From: a virus
Lineage: Duplodnaviria; Caudoviricetes
IMG/VR virus record: IMGVR_UViG_3300016471_000011
Coordinates: 1 to 24,849 of that record
Direction: 5' to 3' (one strand)
DNA length: 24,849 bases
The notes under the pieces are model-generated. The model was not told where the DNA came from. It did not search any database and saw only the letters and a list, made by a program, of their open reading frames with translations. This document shows positions 7,121 through 15,570 of this stretch, piece by piece. Position 1 is the stretch's first letter. Each line of letters begins with the position of its first letter. The translations under genes and the position numbers were made by a program.

Positions 7121-9495
7121 CGACCATTCTGACCAAGAAGAAGGACACCAGCGGCGCGCCAGCGCCAGGTGACCTGACCAATGCAGCTGGCGGCGCAGAA
7201 CTGGCCGTCAACACTGCAGACAAGCGCCTGTACACCAAGGATGCAGGTGGAAACGTTGTTGAGATCGGGACGAACCCCACGATCCTGAACATTGACAACA
7301 TCCAGATCGATGGCAACACGATCAGCAGCACCAACACTAATGGCGATGTCAACATCACGCCAAATGGCACGGGCTCTGTTGTCATCAGCAAGCTCAGCGT
7401 CACAGGAAACACGACTCTGGGCGATGCTTCAGGCGACAGCCTGACCACCAACACCGGCACCTGGACGATCAACAACGACATCACGATCAACACGAATTTG
7501 ATGTATTGGGATCGGGCCAACAATCGCGTTGGTTTTGGCGGAACAACTGCTCCTGCGTTTGCTATTCACTCTGCTGGGGGTGGGTTGTTCTCTGGTAGTT
7601 ACTCTACTGCTACTGATCCAGTTTACTCGGGCGTGTCTTTGGGGTTTGAGGGTACTGGGAACATCGGCGTCATTGCGTCTACGAATCCTTCGTCTGCCAC
7701 TTTGTCGCTCCGTACCAAAAAGGGGGCGACGTTCGCCCCGGTTGAACGAATCAACATCGATGAGAACGGGGTCATCAGGTTCAGGAACACCAACAGCGAG
7801 ACGAGCGGCACCCAGATCACCATTGGGTCGGTCTCCATGTCGTCTGTCTTGAACATTGTGCCTGACGGCAACGTGGTGCAGAACTTGGGCAGCGCATCAA
7901 ATCGCTGGGCCAATGTTTTTGCTTCTACGCTGAGTGACGGAACCAACTTGACAATGGTGTCGTCCAGTGGAGCCAATATGCACTTAGCGGCTGGTTCTAG
8001 TTGGACTAGCACAATCGTGTACGTCTCCGGAAGTCCGAAGGTTTATTTCAACTCCAATGGCATTGGTGTTGGCGCAGCGTCAAGCGCAACTGACCTGCTT
8101 TTGACGGATGGCACAAGCACACTGACAATTGACGCGGCGGCCAACTCCGAAATAATTGCAAACGGTTCAACAGGGTTTACACTTAACGCATCTAACGCTT
8201 CGGGTCAGATTTTTTTCCGAACGGCTGGTGCACAACGGGGTCAAGTCAGCCCAAGTGGTCAATGGACTGTAGGCGGTGTTGTTTCCAATCCCGCGGCTTC
8301 CGCCAACCTAATTGTTAACAACGGCACTACTGGTGCGTCCACCTCAGGCGAACACGTTTTGGTTGTTGGCAACGTCAACAACACTGTTGGTTCTGAGCGC
8401 GGTGCTGGCGTTTACCTTTTTGCTCAAAATGCTGCTACGGGCGGCTCTGATCAAGCGTCCATTCTTTTTGCGCACCGTAACAATGCAGGAACCGGAGAGG
8501 GGCCATTCTCGGGGATTCGTTCGTACAAGGATAGTGGGTCTGATACTTCTAACCTTACTTTCAGGTACGGTAGCTCTAACGGCACAGATTCTTTTGCCGG
8601 AGCCCTCTACGGCAACGGTCGCTGGGGGTTTGGTTCCTCTGTCACCGAGGCACAGACAAACACGACTCAAGCAGCCGTGAGCGTGTATGGGGCCTTTGTT
8701 GCGGGCCAACTTAGTCCATACACCCGGTATACCTACATTGGCGCCACTGGGGCTCTGACATCTCGTTTTGACGATAACGCCATGGTTGGGCCGATCAAGA
8801 TGCAAAACCTCGGCATGACGGCTACAGGGCACGGTGTGTTTTTGGATGCACGGCTAGCCACGGACGGCATCAACGACTATAACGGTGGTTCAATTGAATT
8901 CGCCAGCGTAGGAGCCTACACCTCGACTGCATCTACGCAAGACTCCGAGATTCGGATGCGAGTGGCTGTTGACGGGAACAATACGACTGTTGCTACGTTC
9001 ACTAACGCAGGCAACCTTGCGATGGCACAAGCGGACAAAGGCATTGACTTCAGCGTCAACTCTGCCGCCGCAGGTGCCACCAGCGAGGTGCTGAACGACT
9101 ATGAGGAAGGTACTTGGACTCCCACCATTTTGTACGGCGGTTCAGATACCGGGCAGACTTATGCCATTCAAAATGGGCGCTATGTCAAGGTGGGCAGTAT
9201 TGTTCATGCTCAGGGCTACGCTCAAACCAGCGTAAACTCTAGTGCGACAGGCTCATTAAGTATGGGGGGGTTCCCATTTACGTCGGCAAACATCACCGAT
9301 TACCGGATCATTGGAGCCGCGATGATTGACAATGCGGCGACCGCAGTAGATCAGCCCGTTGGTCAAATGACAGGTAACGCCACAACAGTTCTTATTATTT
9401 CTGGAACCGGAGCCAATAATGCTACTGCTCTTACGGATACTGCGCGGGGCGGTTCATTCCGAGTGTTTGTAAGTATCACCTATCGTGTCAGCTAA
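7117..9495 (+). CDS. Tail fibre / receptor-binding protein (distal)
   Basis: N-terminal Mtd_N-like module (ELAVNTADKRLYTKD.GGNVVEIG), beta-rich body, and a C-terminal GIDFS...LNDYEEGTWTPT...YVKVGSIVH domain common at phage fibre tips. Confidence 0.85.
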   Translation: MTTILTKKKDTSGAPAPGDLTNAAGGAELAVNTADKRLYTKDAGGNVVEIGTNPTILNIDNIQIDGNTISSTNTNGDVNITPNGTGSVVISKLSVTGNTTLGDASGDSLTTNTGTWTINNDITINTNLMYWDRANNRVGFGGTTAPAFAIHSAGGGLFSGSYSTATDPVYSGVSLGFEGTGNIGVIASTNPSSATLSLRTKKGATFAPVERINIDENGVIRFRNTNSETSGTQITIGSVSMSSVLNIVPDGNVVQNLGSASNRWANVFASTLSDGTNLTMVSSSGANMHLAAGSSWTSTIVYVSGSPKVYFNSNGIGVGAASSATDLLLTDGTSTLTIDAAANSEIIANGSTGFTLNASNASGQIFFRTAGAQRGQVSPSGQWTVGGVVSNPAASANLIVNNGTTGASTSGEHVLVVGNVNNTVGSERGAGVYLFAQNAATGGSDQASILFAHRNNAGTGEGPFSGIRSYKDSGSDTSNLTFRYGSSNGTDSFAGALYGNGRWGFGSSVTEAQTNTTQAAVSVYGAFVAGQLSPYTRYTYIGATGALTSRFDDNAMVGPIKMQNLGMTATGHGVFLDARLATDGINDYNGGSIEFASVGAYTSTASTQDSEIRMRVAVDGNNTTVATFTNAGNLAMAQADKGIDFSVNSAAAGATSEVLNDYEEGTWTPTILYGGSDTGQTYAIQNGRYVKVGSIVHAQGYAQTSVNSSATGSLSMGGFPFTSANITDYRIIGAAMIDNAATAVDQPVGQMTGNATTVLIISGTGANNATALTDTARGGSFRVFVSITYRVS

Positions 9496-9514
9496 TCATT
9501 GAAAGGAAAACAGC

Positions 9515-9778
9515 ATGTCTCTCAGCAAAGAAACCAAAGTTGATATGGTTGAAGTTGTCGAAAACGGCGCGGTGCAAGTTCGCACTGCTACGCGCATTCT
9601 TGAGGATGGCGAAATCCTCAGCCAATCGTTCCATCGCCATGTCGTTATGCCTGGTGATGACTACTCGGCAGAAGATGCTCGCGTGAAGGCCGTATGCGCG
9701 GCTGTTCATACACCTGAAGTTGTCGCCGCGTATCAAGCACAGCTGGCCGCCCAACAAAAGGCAGCAAGCGAAGAATAA
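9515..9778 (+). CDS. Probable tail fibre assembly/chaperone protein
   Basis: AAGGAA RBS, 87 aa. VQVRTATRILEDGE.LS.SFHRHV...VCAAVHTPEV is a family I recognise as following DYEEGTWTP-type fibres. The chaperone role is inferred from position. Confidence 0.6.
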   Translation: MSLSKETKVDMVEVVENGAVQVRTATRILEDGEILSQSFHRHVVMPGDDYSAEDARVKAVCAAVHTPEVVAAYQAQLAAQQKAASEE

Positions 9779-9785
9779 GGGCAAA

Positions 9786-9816
9786 GCCTCCCGGCCCATG
9801 ATGGGAGGCAACTTTT
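9786..9816 (+). terminator. Possible terminator/attenuator hairpin before the lysis cassette
   Basis: GCCTCCC (9786-9792) / GGGAGGC (9803-9809) stem followed by AACTTTT. The loop is 10 nt and the U tract is displaced. Confidence 0.35.
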
Positions 9817-9825
9817 GGAGAAAAC

Positions 9826-9987
9826 ATGGAACTGACACTCAAGCTGACAGTTGAGGAAATCAACGCAATTTTGCAGGTGCTGGGAGACCTCCCCACCAAG
9901 ACAGGGGCCTATCCTCTTGCAATGAAGATCAAGGCTCAAGCAGACTCGCAACTGCCAAAACAGGAACCAGAGAAGAGGGACGAGTAA
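9826..9987 (+). CDS. Small hypothetical protein (53 aa), not in the supplied ORF track
   Basis: GGAG RBS at 9817-9820, ATG 9826, TAA 9985-9987. MELTLKLTVEEINAILQVLGDLPTKTGAYPLAMKIKAQADSQLPKQEPEKRDE fills the intergenic gap. Confidence 0.75.
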   Translation: MELTLKLTVEEINAILQVLGDLPTKTGAYPLAMKIKAQADSQLPKQEPEKRDE

Positions 9988-9990
9988 GGT

Positions 9991-10305
9991 ATGGCTGAAG
10001 AGGGAATGCATCTCGCTAAAAGCGACAATGCGCACATCGATAGACGTTTTGATGAGATCCTTGCGGAACTCCGCAAGCTTAATGGTGCATTCCCTCGCAG
10101 TGAAGATGGCAGCGTCGACTTTGAAGGACACAAGAGATACCACGAAGAAATGATTCAAGCAGCCAAGGCACAAACGGAGTTTTGGAGAGAGCTCCGCCTT
10201 GACATTGCTAAAAAGGGCGTCTGGGGATTGCTGATCATCGTCTGTGGCCTAGTCATTGTTGGCATCACTGCCAAGCTAGGCATAACAACACCAGGAGGGC
10301 AGTGA
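9991..10305 (+). CDS. Membrane protein with a C-terminal TM helix (lysis cassette)
   Basis: Soluble N-terminus, then hydrophobic GVWGLLIIVCGLVIVGITAKLG. Upstream of the holin and endolysin genes. Confidence 0.6.
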   Translation: MAEEGMHLAKSDNAHIDRRFDEILAELRKLNGAFPRSEDGSVDFEGHKRYHEEMIQAAKAQTEFWRELRLDIAKKGVWGLLIIVCGLVIVGITAKLGITTPGGQ

Positions 10306-10724
10306 TGGAGCACATGAACGAGATCGCCAAAATCAAAGCAGAAGCCGAGATTGAGCTTCGTAGACTTGAGTCCCAGGCCCCAGCCAAAGAGATTGCAGGA
10401 AAGGCCATTGGCAAAAATGGTCTGTTCTACATCACTTTGATTGTGGCTATGGGTGTTGGTGCGTCAATAGTTCTTGAGAATGACAAGATTGCTGCTGTCA
10501 TGGGGTTACTGGGAGCCGCTCTGACGGCCCTGATCAGTATGCTCAACGGAATTGCTGGCGCCAATCCAAAACAAGAGAAGCCAGAGTTTGAAGTCATGCG
10601 GCAACTGATTGACAAGCTTGACAAGCTTGACCGCAAAGAGCCTCCGATGTCAGTCACCGTCGAAGGCGACAAAGTCACCGTCACAAAGGGCGATGACACG
10701 ATCACCACTAAGAAGGAGGCGTGA
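10305..10724 (+). CDS. Two-TM membrane protein, holin/antiholin-like
   Basis: TM segments LFYITLIVAMGVGASIVL and IAAVMGLLGAALTALISMLNGIA. TGATG coupling with a GGAGG RBS; an alternative GTG start lies at 10302. Confidence 0.6.
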   Translation: MEHMNEIAKIKAEAEIELRRLESQAPAKEIAGKAIGKNGLFYITLIVAMGVGASIVLENDKIAAVMGLLGAALTALISMLNGIAGANPKQEKPEFEVMRQLIDKLDKLDRKEPPMSVTVEGDKVTVTKGDDTITTKKEA

Positions 10725-11230
10725 TGGCAATTCCAGCACTGCTTGCTCCCCTGCTTTCTCAAGGCCTTTCGTTGATAGGCAACGCCGTCTTGGCTAAGGG
10801 AAAAGACTGGGTCGAGGAAAAGACCGGCGTGAAGCTTGATCAGCCTTTGACGGCTGAGGATACGCTCAAGCTCCGTCAGTACGAGATGGATCATCAGGAA
10901 GAACTTCTTAGACTTCGCCTTGAAGAGAAAAAGCTGGGTCTTGATGAGTTGCAGATGTTTGCAGGAGCCATTCAGAACGAGAACAACAACGTCTCGGATC
11001 GTTGGAAAGCAGACATGAGTTCGGATTCTTGGTTATCTAAGAATATCCGCCCCATGAGCCTGATTGCGATCTTTGCGGGCTACTTCTTGTTTTCGATGAT
11101 GTCTGGCTTTGGCTATGACGCAAATGAGTCCTACGTGAACCTTCTGGGGCAATGGGGCATGCTGATCATGGGCGCTTATTTTGGTGGCCGCACCATTGAA
11201 AAGCTAGCTGAGATGAGGAGCAAAAAATGA
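10724..11230 (+). CDS. Holin, GTA 3TM holin-like
   Basis: RWKADMSSDSWLSKNIRP motif, two C-terminal TM helices ending GAYFGGRTIEK, and an N-terminal hydrophobic helix. Immediately before the endolysin; alternative GTG start at 10721. Confidence 0.8.
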   Translation: MAIPALLAPLLSQGLSLIGNAVLAKGKDWVEEKTGVKLDQPLTAEDTLKLRQYEMDHQEELLRLRLEEKKLGLDELQMFAGAIQNENNNVSDRWKADMSSDSWLSKNIRPMSLIAIFAGYFLFSMMSGFGYDANESYVNLLGQWGMLIMGAYFGGRTIEKLAEMRSKK

Positions 11231-11565
11231 GCTTGAGCCAAGAACAAGCCGCTTTCCTGGTCGATGCCTGCAAGCTGATTCAGTATGCCACGGAGCAAGG
11301 CTGGATGGTGACGGGCGGCGAGCTTTATCGCACGCCTGAGCAGCAAGAGATCTATTTGAAGACGGGCCGTAGTAAGACTATGGCCAGCAACCATTTGAAG
11401 CGCTGCGCCATTGACTTGAACTTTTTCAAGGATGGCAAGCTAGTTTGGGACAAGGCACAGATTGCTCCGCTTGGAGCCTATTGGGAAAGCCTGAGCCCCA
11501 AGAACCGTTGGGGCGGCAATTTTAAGAGCCTGGTCGACGTGCCTCACTTTGAGAGGAACGTGTAA
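11227..11565 (+). CDS. Endolysin, peptidase M15 family (L-Ala-D-Glu peptidase-like)
   Basis: YRTPEQQ, the Zn ligands in SNHLKRCAIDL (H-x6-D), and WGGNF...DVPHFE. Confidence 0.85.
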   Translation: MSLSQEQAAFLVDACKLIQYATEQGWMVTGGELYRTPEQQEIYLKTGRSKTMASNHLKRCAIDLNFFKDGKLVWDKAQIAPLGAYWESLSPKNRWGGNFKSLVDVPHFERNV

Positions 11566-12218
11566 TGCCCGCAGCAATGACCTTCACAACGCTGCAGAAC
11601 GATGTTCGCAGCTATCTTGAGCGAGGTGGTTCAGCATCAACCGACCCGCTTGTCTATGCCCAAATTCCAAACCTGATCACGCTTGCAGAGCGCCGGATCA
11701 GTCGGGACCTGAAGATTCAAGGTTTCCAGACAGTTGTCGTGACGACGATGCAGAGCGGCGTGGCTGTTTTGCCAAAGCCAGATCGCTGGCGCGAGACCAT
11801 CAGCATGAACGTGGGAACCGGCAACCAGAACAACACAAGAAGCCAGGTGTATCCACGATCTTATGAATACTGCCGCATGTACTGGCCCGATGAGACGCAG
11901 CTGGGAACACCTGAGTTCTATGCCGACTATAACTACACCAACTGGCTGGTCGTGCCAACGCCGGATTTTGCATACCCCATCGAGATCCTGTACTACGAGC
12001 TGCCAGCCCTGCTTGACGAGAACAACCAGACGAACTGGCTCACAGAGTATGCCCCCAACTTGCTGCTGTACGCGACGCTGCTTGAGGCAACTCCATTCTT
12101 GAAGAACGACGAGCGGATTCCAATCTGGCAAAACATGTACGCCATGGCCGCTCAAGCCTTGAATGGTGAAGACCTGAAGAAGATCTTGGACCGTGGCGCC
12201 GTGAGAAACGAGGCCTGA
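11565..12218 (+). CDS. Second head-tail adaptor / tail ring protein
   Basis: TFTTLQNDVRSYLER...IPNLITLAERRISRDL...PTPD..Y.IEILYY...TNWLTEYAPNLLLYATLLEATPFLKND, a typical podoviral adaptor pattern. TAATG coupling. Confidence 0.7.
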   Translation: MPAAMTFTTLQNDVRSYLERGGSASTDPLVYAQIPNLITLAERRISRDLKIQGFQTVVVTTMQSGVAVLPKPDRWRETISMNVGTGNQNNTRSQVYPRSYEYCRMYWPDETQLGTPEFYADYNYTNWLVVPTPDFAYPIEILYYELPALLDENNQTNWLTEYAPNLLLYATLLEATPFLKNDERIPIWQNMYAMAAQALNGEDLKKILDRGAVRNEA

Positions 12219-12219
12219 T

Positions 12220-13410
12220 ATGACTGTCTACACCAACATCTTTGGCGGATCTAACATAAGTCCGTCTACCGTAAGCTACTCGGCCGTCACGCTGAGTGCG
12301 AACACGTCTTTTGATTGGCCGCTGGAGACAGCTCCGTCGTCAAACCTGATGGCCACAATCATGGACATCACGTCGTCGACGCCCAACCTCATCATGACCT
12401 TGCCAGATGCTACCGAAGCATCAAATGGTCAAACTGTCCTGATCAACAACGTTGGGGCCAACACGTTCATTGTTCAAGACTATCAAGGCAATCAAATCAT
12501 TGCACCGACCGGGGGCTCGGTGTGGCAGATCTACCTGACCAGCAACACGACAACAGGGGGTACCTGGGAGGCCTTCTTGTATGGGGCCCAGGTATCGACT
12601 GCCAACGCAGCAAGCTTAGCCGGAACAGGCCTCGTGGCCCTTGGCACCCTTTTGTCGCTGGCCATGCCAGTTACCCAGTTCAACGTGAACTACACGGCGG
12701 GGACCACAGACCGAGCTAAGACGTTTGTGTGGACAGGAGGAGCCGGCATACTGAACTTGACCAATGCCGGTACAGTTGGCGGCAACTGGTTCATCAACCT
12801 TCGCAACGAAGGCACAGGGGCTCTTGTTGTTGACCCTGCGGGATCGCAACAGATCAACGGATCTGCGGATTTAACGTTCCAGCCAGGCGACTCGGCGACC
12901 ATCTTTACTGATGGCACGGCGTTTTACACCATCGGCTATGGCCAATCACCGGTATTTGCGTTTGACTACACGTCGATCAACATTGCTGGTACTGGTGCCT
13001 ATACTCTGACGGGTTCAGAGCTCAATCGGATCTCGTACAACTTCACAGGCGCCTTGACCGGCAATCGCAGCGTCATTGTGCCGCCGACAGTTCAGCAATA
13101 CTGGGTGGCCAACAACACAACTGGCCCCTATACCCTGACCATCAAGACGGCTGCAGCTTCTGGCTCTACGGTCAACCAGGGGTCTAGGACCATCATGTAC
13201 TGCGATGGGACTAATGTCGTCATCGCAGATACCGGTGGCGTCTCCGTTCCAATTGCCATCTCTGAAGGCGGCACTGGATCAACCACGGCAGGTGGCGCCT
13301 TGATCAATCTTGGAGGGACTGCAACCGGCATTGCTCTCTTTACGGCGGCATCACAGGCTGCTGCCCAGGTGGCCATTGGCCTTGATCCGATCAATGGTGG
13401 AACATACTGA
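12220..13410 (+). CDS. Tail-associated structural protein (fibre dock / appendage-like)
   Basis: 396 aa of repeated small beta domains (TLPDA...NGQTV.INN, YWVANNTTG.YTLTIKT...MYCDGTNVV), IAISEGGTG, C-terminal INGGTY. Confidence 0.6.
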   Translation: MTVYTNIFGGSNISPSTVSYSAVTLSANTSFDWPLETAPSSNLMATIMDITSSTPNLIMTLPDATEASNGQTVLINNVGANTFIVQDYQGNQIIAPTGGSVWQIYLTSNTTTGGTWEAFLYGAQVSTANAASLAGTGLVALGTLLSLAMPVTQFNVNYTAGTTDRAKTFVWTGGAGILNLTNAGTVGGNWFINLRNEGTGALVVDPAGSQQINGSADLTFQPGDSATIFTDGTAFYTIGYGQSPVFAFDYTSINIAGTGAYTLTGSELNRISYNFTGALTGNRSVIVPPTVQQYWVANNTTGPYTLTIKTAAASGSTVNQGSRTIMYCDGTNVVIADTGGVSVPIAISEGGTGSTTAGGALINLGGTATGIALFTAASQAAAQVAIGLDPINGGTY

Positions 13411-15059
13411 TGGAATCGACCCCGGTCATTCTTAAGTCGCAGCCGGGTATCAAGAGAGACGGTACCAGGTTTGAAGGCGACTTTTACGTTGACGGACAAT
13501 GGGTCCGGTTTCAACGGGGCTTGCCACGCAAGATTGGCGGCTACACGGCCATCAGCCGCTATTTGTCTGAGATCAGCCGGGGCATCAAGACTTACACGGA
13601 GAATGGCGGGACGTACTTTCACTCTGGTTCTGCTGGCTTTGTAGAACGGTTCGTCATCGATGCCCAAGGGGCCACCAGCCTCGTCATCAACCGCACCCCG
13701 TCTACCCTGGCTGTCAATGACGCCAACAAGTGGCAGTTTGACGTCATGTACGACAGCTCAGGCCTGCCTCCTGTCAACATGCTGGTGGCTCAAGTTGCCC
13801 CAAATGGCAATTGCATCTGCAACAATGTCGGTGGCCAGCTGTTCGTAGGAAACCTGACAGGAACCGCCGCCCTCCAGGAAGTGACTATATTCCCAGCCGG
13901 TGCAAATATAACTGGAGGGGTCTGCGTGCTGCACCCCTACCTAACCTACTTCGGCACAGACGGCTTCTTGGGGTGGTCAGTTGCCGGTCAACCCACAAAC
14001 TTGACTGGTCTGGGTTCTGGAAATGCCCGCATTGCCGCCCAAAAGGTTGTTCGTGGACTGCCACTTCGTGGCGGCCCTGGAAACGCTCCGGCAGGCCTCT
14101 ATTGGTCTGCTGATGCAGTCATCCGCTGCTCGTTTGTTGGAGGTACCTCGGTCTTCCAGTTTGACACGATCAGTAGCAATTCCAGTATCCTGAGCCCTAA
14201 CTCCGTCATCGAGTACGACGGCCAGTACTTCTGGTGCGGGACAGATAGATTCCTGATGTTCAACGGCGTGGTCAGGGAAGTCCCCAACAACCTGAACATC
14301 AACTACTTCTTTGACGGTCTCAATAGGGCGGCTGCCCAACAGGTATTTGCATTCAAAGTGCCTCGTTTTGGCGAGATTTGGTGGTGCTATCCAAGAGGAG
14401 ACGCGACGGAATGTACCCACGCGGTCATCTTCAACATCAAGGAAAACACCTGGTATGACACCGAGCTGCCAAATGGTGGGCGTTCAGCAGGCGAGTTTTC
14501 ACCTGTCTACGCGGCCCCATTGTTGACCGGGGTCGAGCAGTCTAACTTCAGACCCAATAACCGGATCACAGAGAACGGTGACCTGCGGATCACTCAGGAA
14601 GAAGACCAGCGGATTGTGGAAGCCGAGGAAGGTTACCTGGTCTGGCAGCATGACAAAGGTCGCGACGAGGTCGATGGCCAGTTCATCACGGCCATTCCAT
14701 CTTGGTTTGAGACGGCTGACATGAGCATGCTGGTTGGCGGAGCCCCAAAGAACAAGTGGATCCGGGTTGAGATGATCGAACCAGACTTTGTGCAGTCAGA
14801 AAACATGATTGTCCAGCTGACCGGAAGGGCAAACGCCAAAGCCAAAGAGGTCCCCGGACCAGAAAGGATCATCTACGCCACTCCGTCGACGCCGTACGAG
14901 CAGGTCGTCTGGTTCAAGGAAGAACGCCGCGAACTGCGATTCAAGTTCACCTCGAACACCCTGAACGGCGACTATCAGATGGGCCAGATCATCGCCCACG
15001 TAGCGCCGGCAGACGGCAACGTTTTGGGCGCAATCAATGATGGAGAAAGTTCCACGTGA
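13410..15059 (+). CDS. Tail nozzle / tail tubular protein B-like (P22 gp10-like DNA stabilisation protein)
   Basis: 549 aa with beta-propeller-like composition. DGQWVRFQRGLPRKIGGY and VPRFGEIWWCYP...AVIFNIKENTWY motifs. Lies upstream of the ejection proteins. Confidence 0.7.
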   Translation: MESTPVILKSQPGIKRDGTRFEGDFYVDGQWVRFQRGLPRKIGGYTAISRYLSEISRGIKTYTENGGTYFHSGSAGFVERFVIDAQGATSLVINRTPSTLAVNDANKWQFDVMYDSSGLPPVNMLVAQVAPNGNCICNNVGGQLFVGNLTGTAALQEVTIFPAGANITGGVCVLHPYLTYFGTDGFLGWSVAGQPTNLTGLGSGNARIAAQKVVRGLPLRGGPGNAPAGLYWSADAVIRCSFVGGTSVFQFDTISSNSSILSPNSVIEYDGQYFWCGTDRFLMFNGVVREVPNNLNINYFFDGLNRAAAQQVFAFKVPRFGEIWWCYPRGDATECTHAVIFNIKENTWYDTELPNGGRSAGEFSPVYAAPLLTGVEQSNFRPNNRITENGDLRITQEEDQRIVEAEEGYLVWQHDKGRDEVDGQFITAIPSWFETADMSMLVGGAPKNKWIRVEMIEPDFVQSENMIVQLTGRANAKAKEVPGPERIIYATPSTPYEQVVWFKEERRELRFKFTSNTLNGDYQMGQIIAHVAPADGNVLGAINDGESST

Positions 15060-15283
15060 TCACGCAGCCCGTTATAATCGGCCTCAGGGACTGGGCAGAC
15101 CAGGTGATTTTGGACTTGGACGATTACAGTCCCCTTCGGAGGCTAGACGATGAAACACAGTGGCAAGAGTGGGGATTGCAGTTCTGCGTTATCTCGGGAC
15201 TGAGCCAGAAAAACCCACCGAACCCCTATGACTTCACCGACTGGCGCACATGGGCTGAACGCTTCGTACAGGTGGTGTCATGA
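15056..15283 (+). CDS. Small Trp-rich hypothetical protein
   Basis: GTGA and ATGA overlaps on both sides, GGAG RBS, 75 aa with WQEW and PNPYDFTDWRTWA. Confidence 0.65.
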   Translation: MITQPVIIGLRDWADQVILDLDDYSPLRRLDDETQWQEWGLQFCVISGLSQKNPPNPYDFTDWRTWAERFVQVVS

Positions 15284-15570
15284 CAGATCAAGATTTTCTC
15301 AAGCTGCTGCAAGAAGTAGCTAAAAAAGCAAAGCCGTTTCACAACGAACTGGCTCCTATTGACGACATGGAGCAAGAACTGGCGGCTACAGGCCTTGATA
15401 GCCTGGACATGCTGATGTGCACAGTGTATCTGTGCGAGATTTACGACGTCGAGGACGAAAAAAGCAAGGAGATGCTGGTCAAAACTCCGCGCGAGTGCCT
15501 TGATTTCCTGACCCAGTGGGGTCGTAGACAGCCTCAAAGCCTTGAAGAGGCAGTCGGGATGATCAAATGA
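15280..15570 (+). CDS. Acyl carrier protein (ACP-like)
   Basis: Acidic, helical, 96 aa. Contains the phosphopantetheine attachment motif L...GLDSLD (Ser41, nt 15400-15402), followed by a helix II and EIYDV. Adjacent to a ketosynthase. Confidence 0.85.
   Translation: MTDQDFLKLLQEVAKKAKPFHNELAPIDDMEQELAATGLDSLDMLMCTVYLCEIYDVEDEKSKEMLVKTPRECLDFLTQWGRRQPQSLEEAVGMIK

Noticed and set aside
9264-9270. G7 run in the distal fibre as a phase-variation or frameshift site
   Set aside because: Too short, explained by Met-Gly-Gly codons, and the reading frame is intact.
7117-9495. Diversity-generating retroelement suggested by the Mtd_N-like domain
   Set aside because: No reverse transcriptase, template/variable repeat pair or C-type-lectin tip is seen in the window.
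5057-13410. xxGG occurrences in fibres (QGGTG, NGGTG, EGGTG, GGGNL) as members of the cargo GG motif
   Set aside because: They belong to common fibre structural repeats in Gly-rich proteins and have a different context, so they were excluded from the count.
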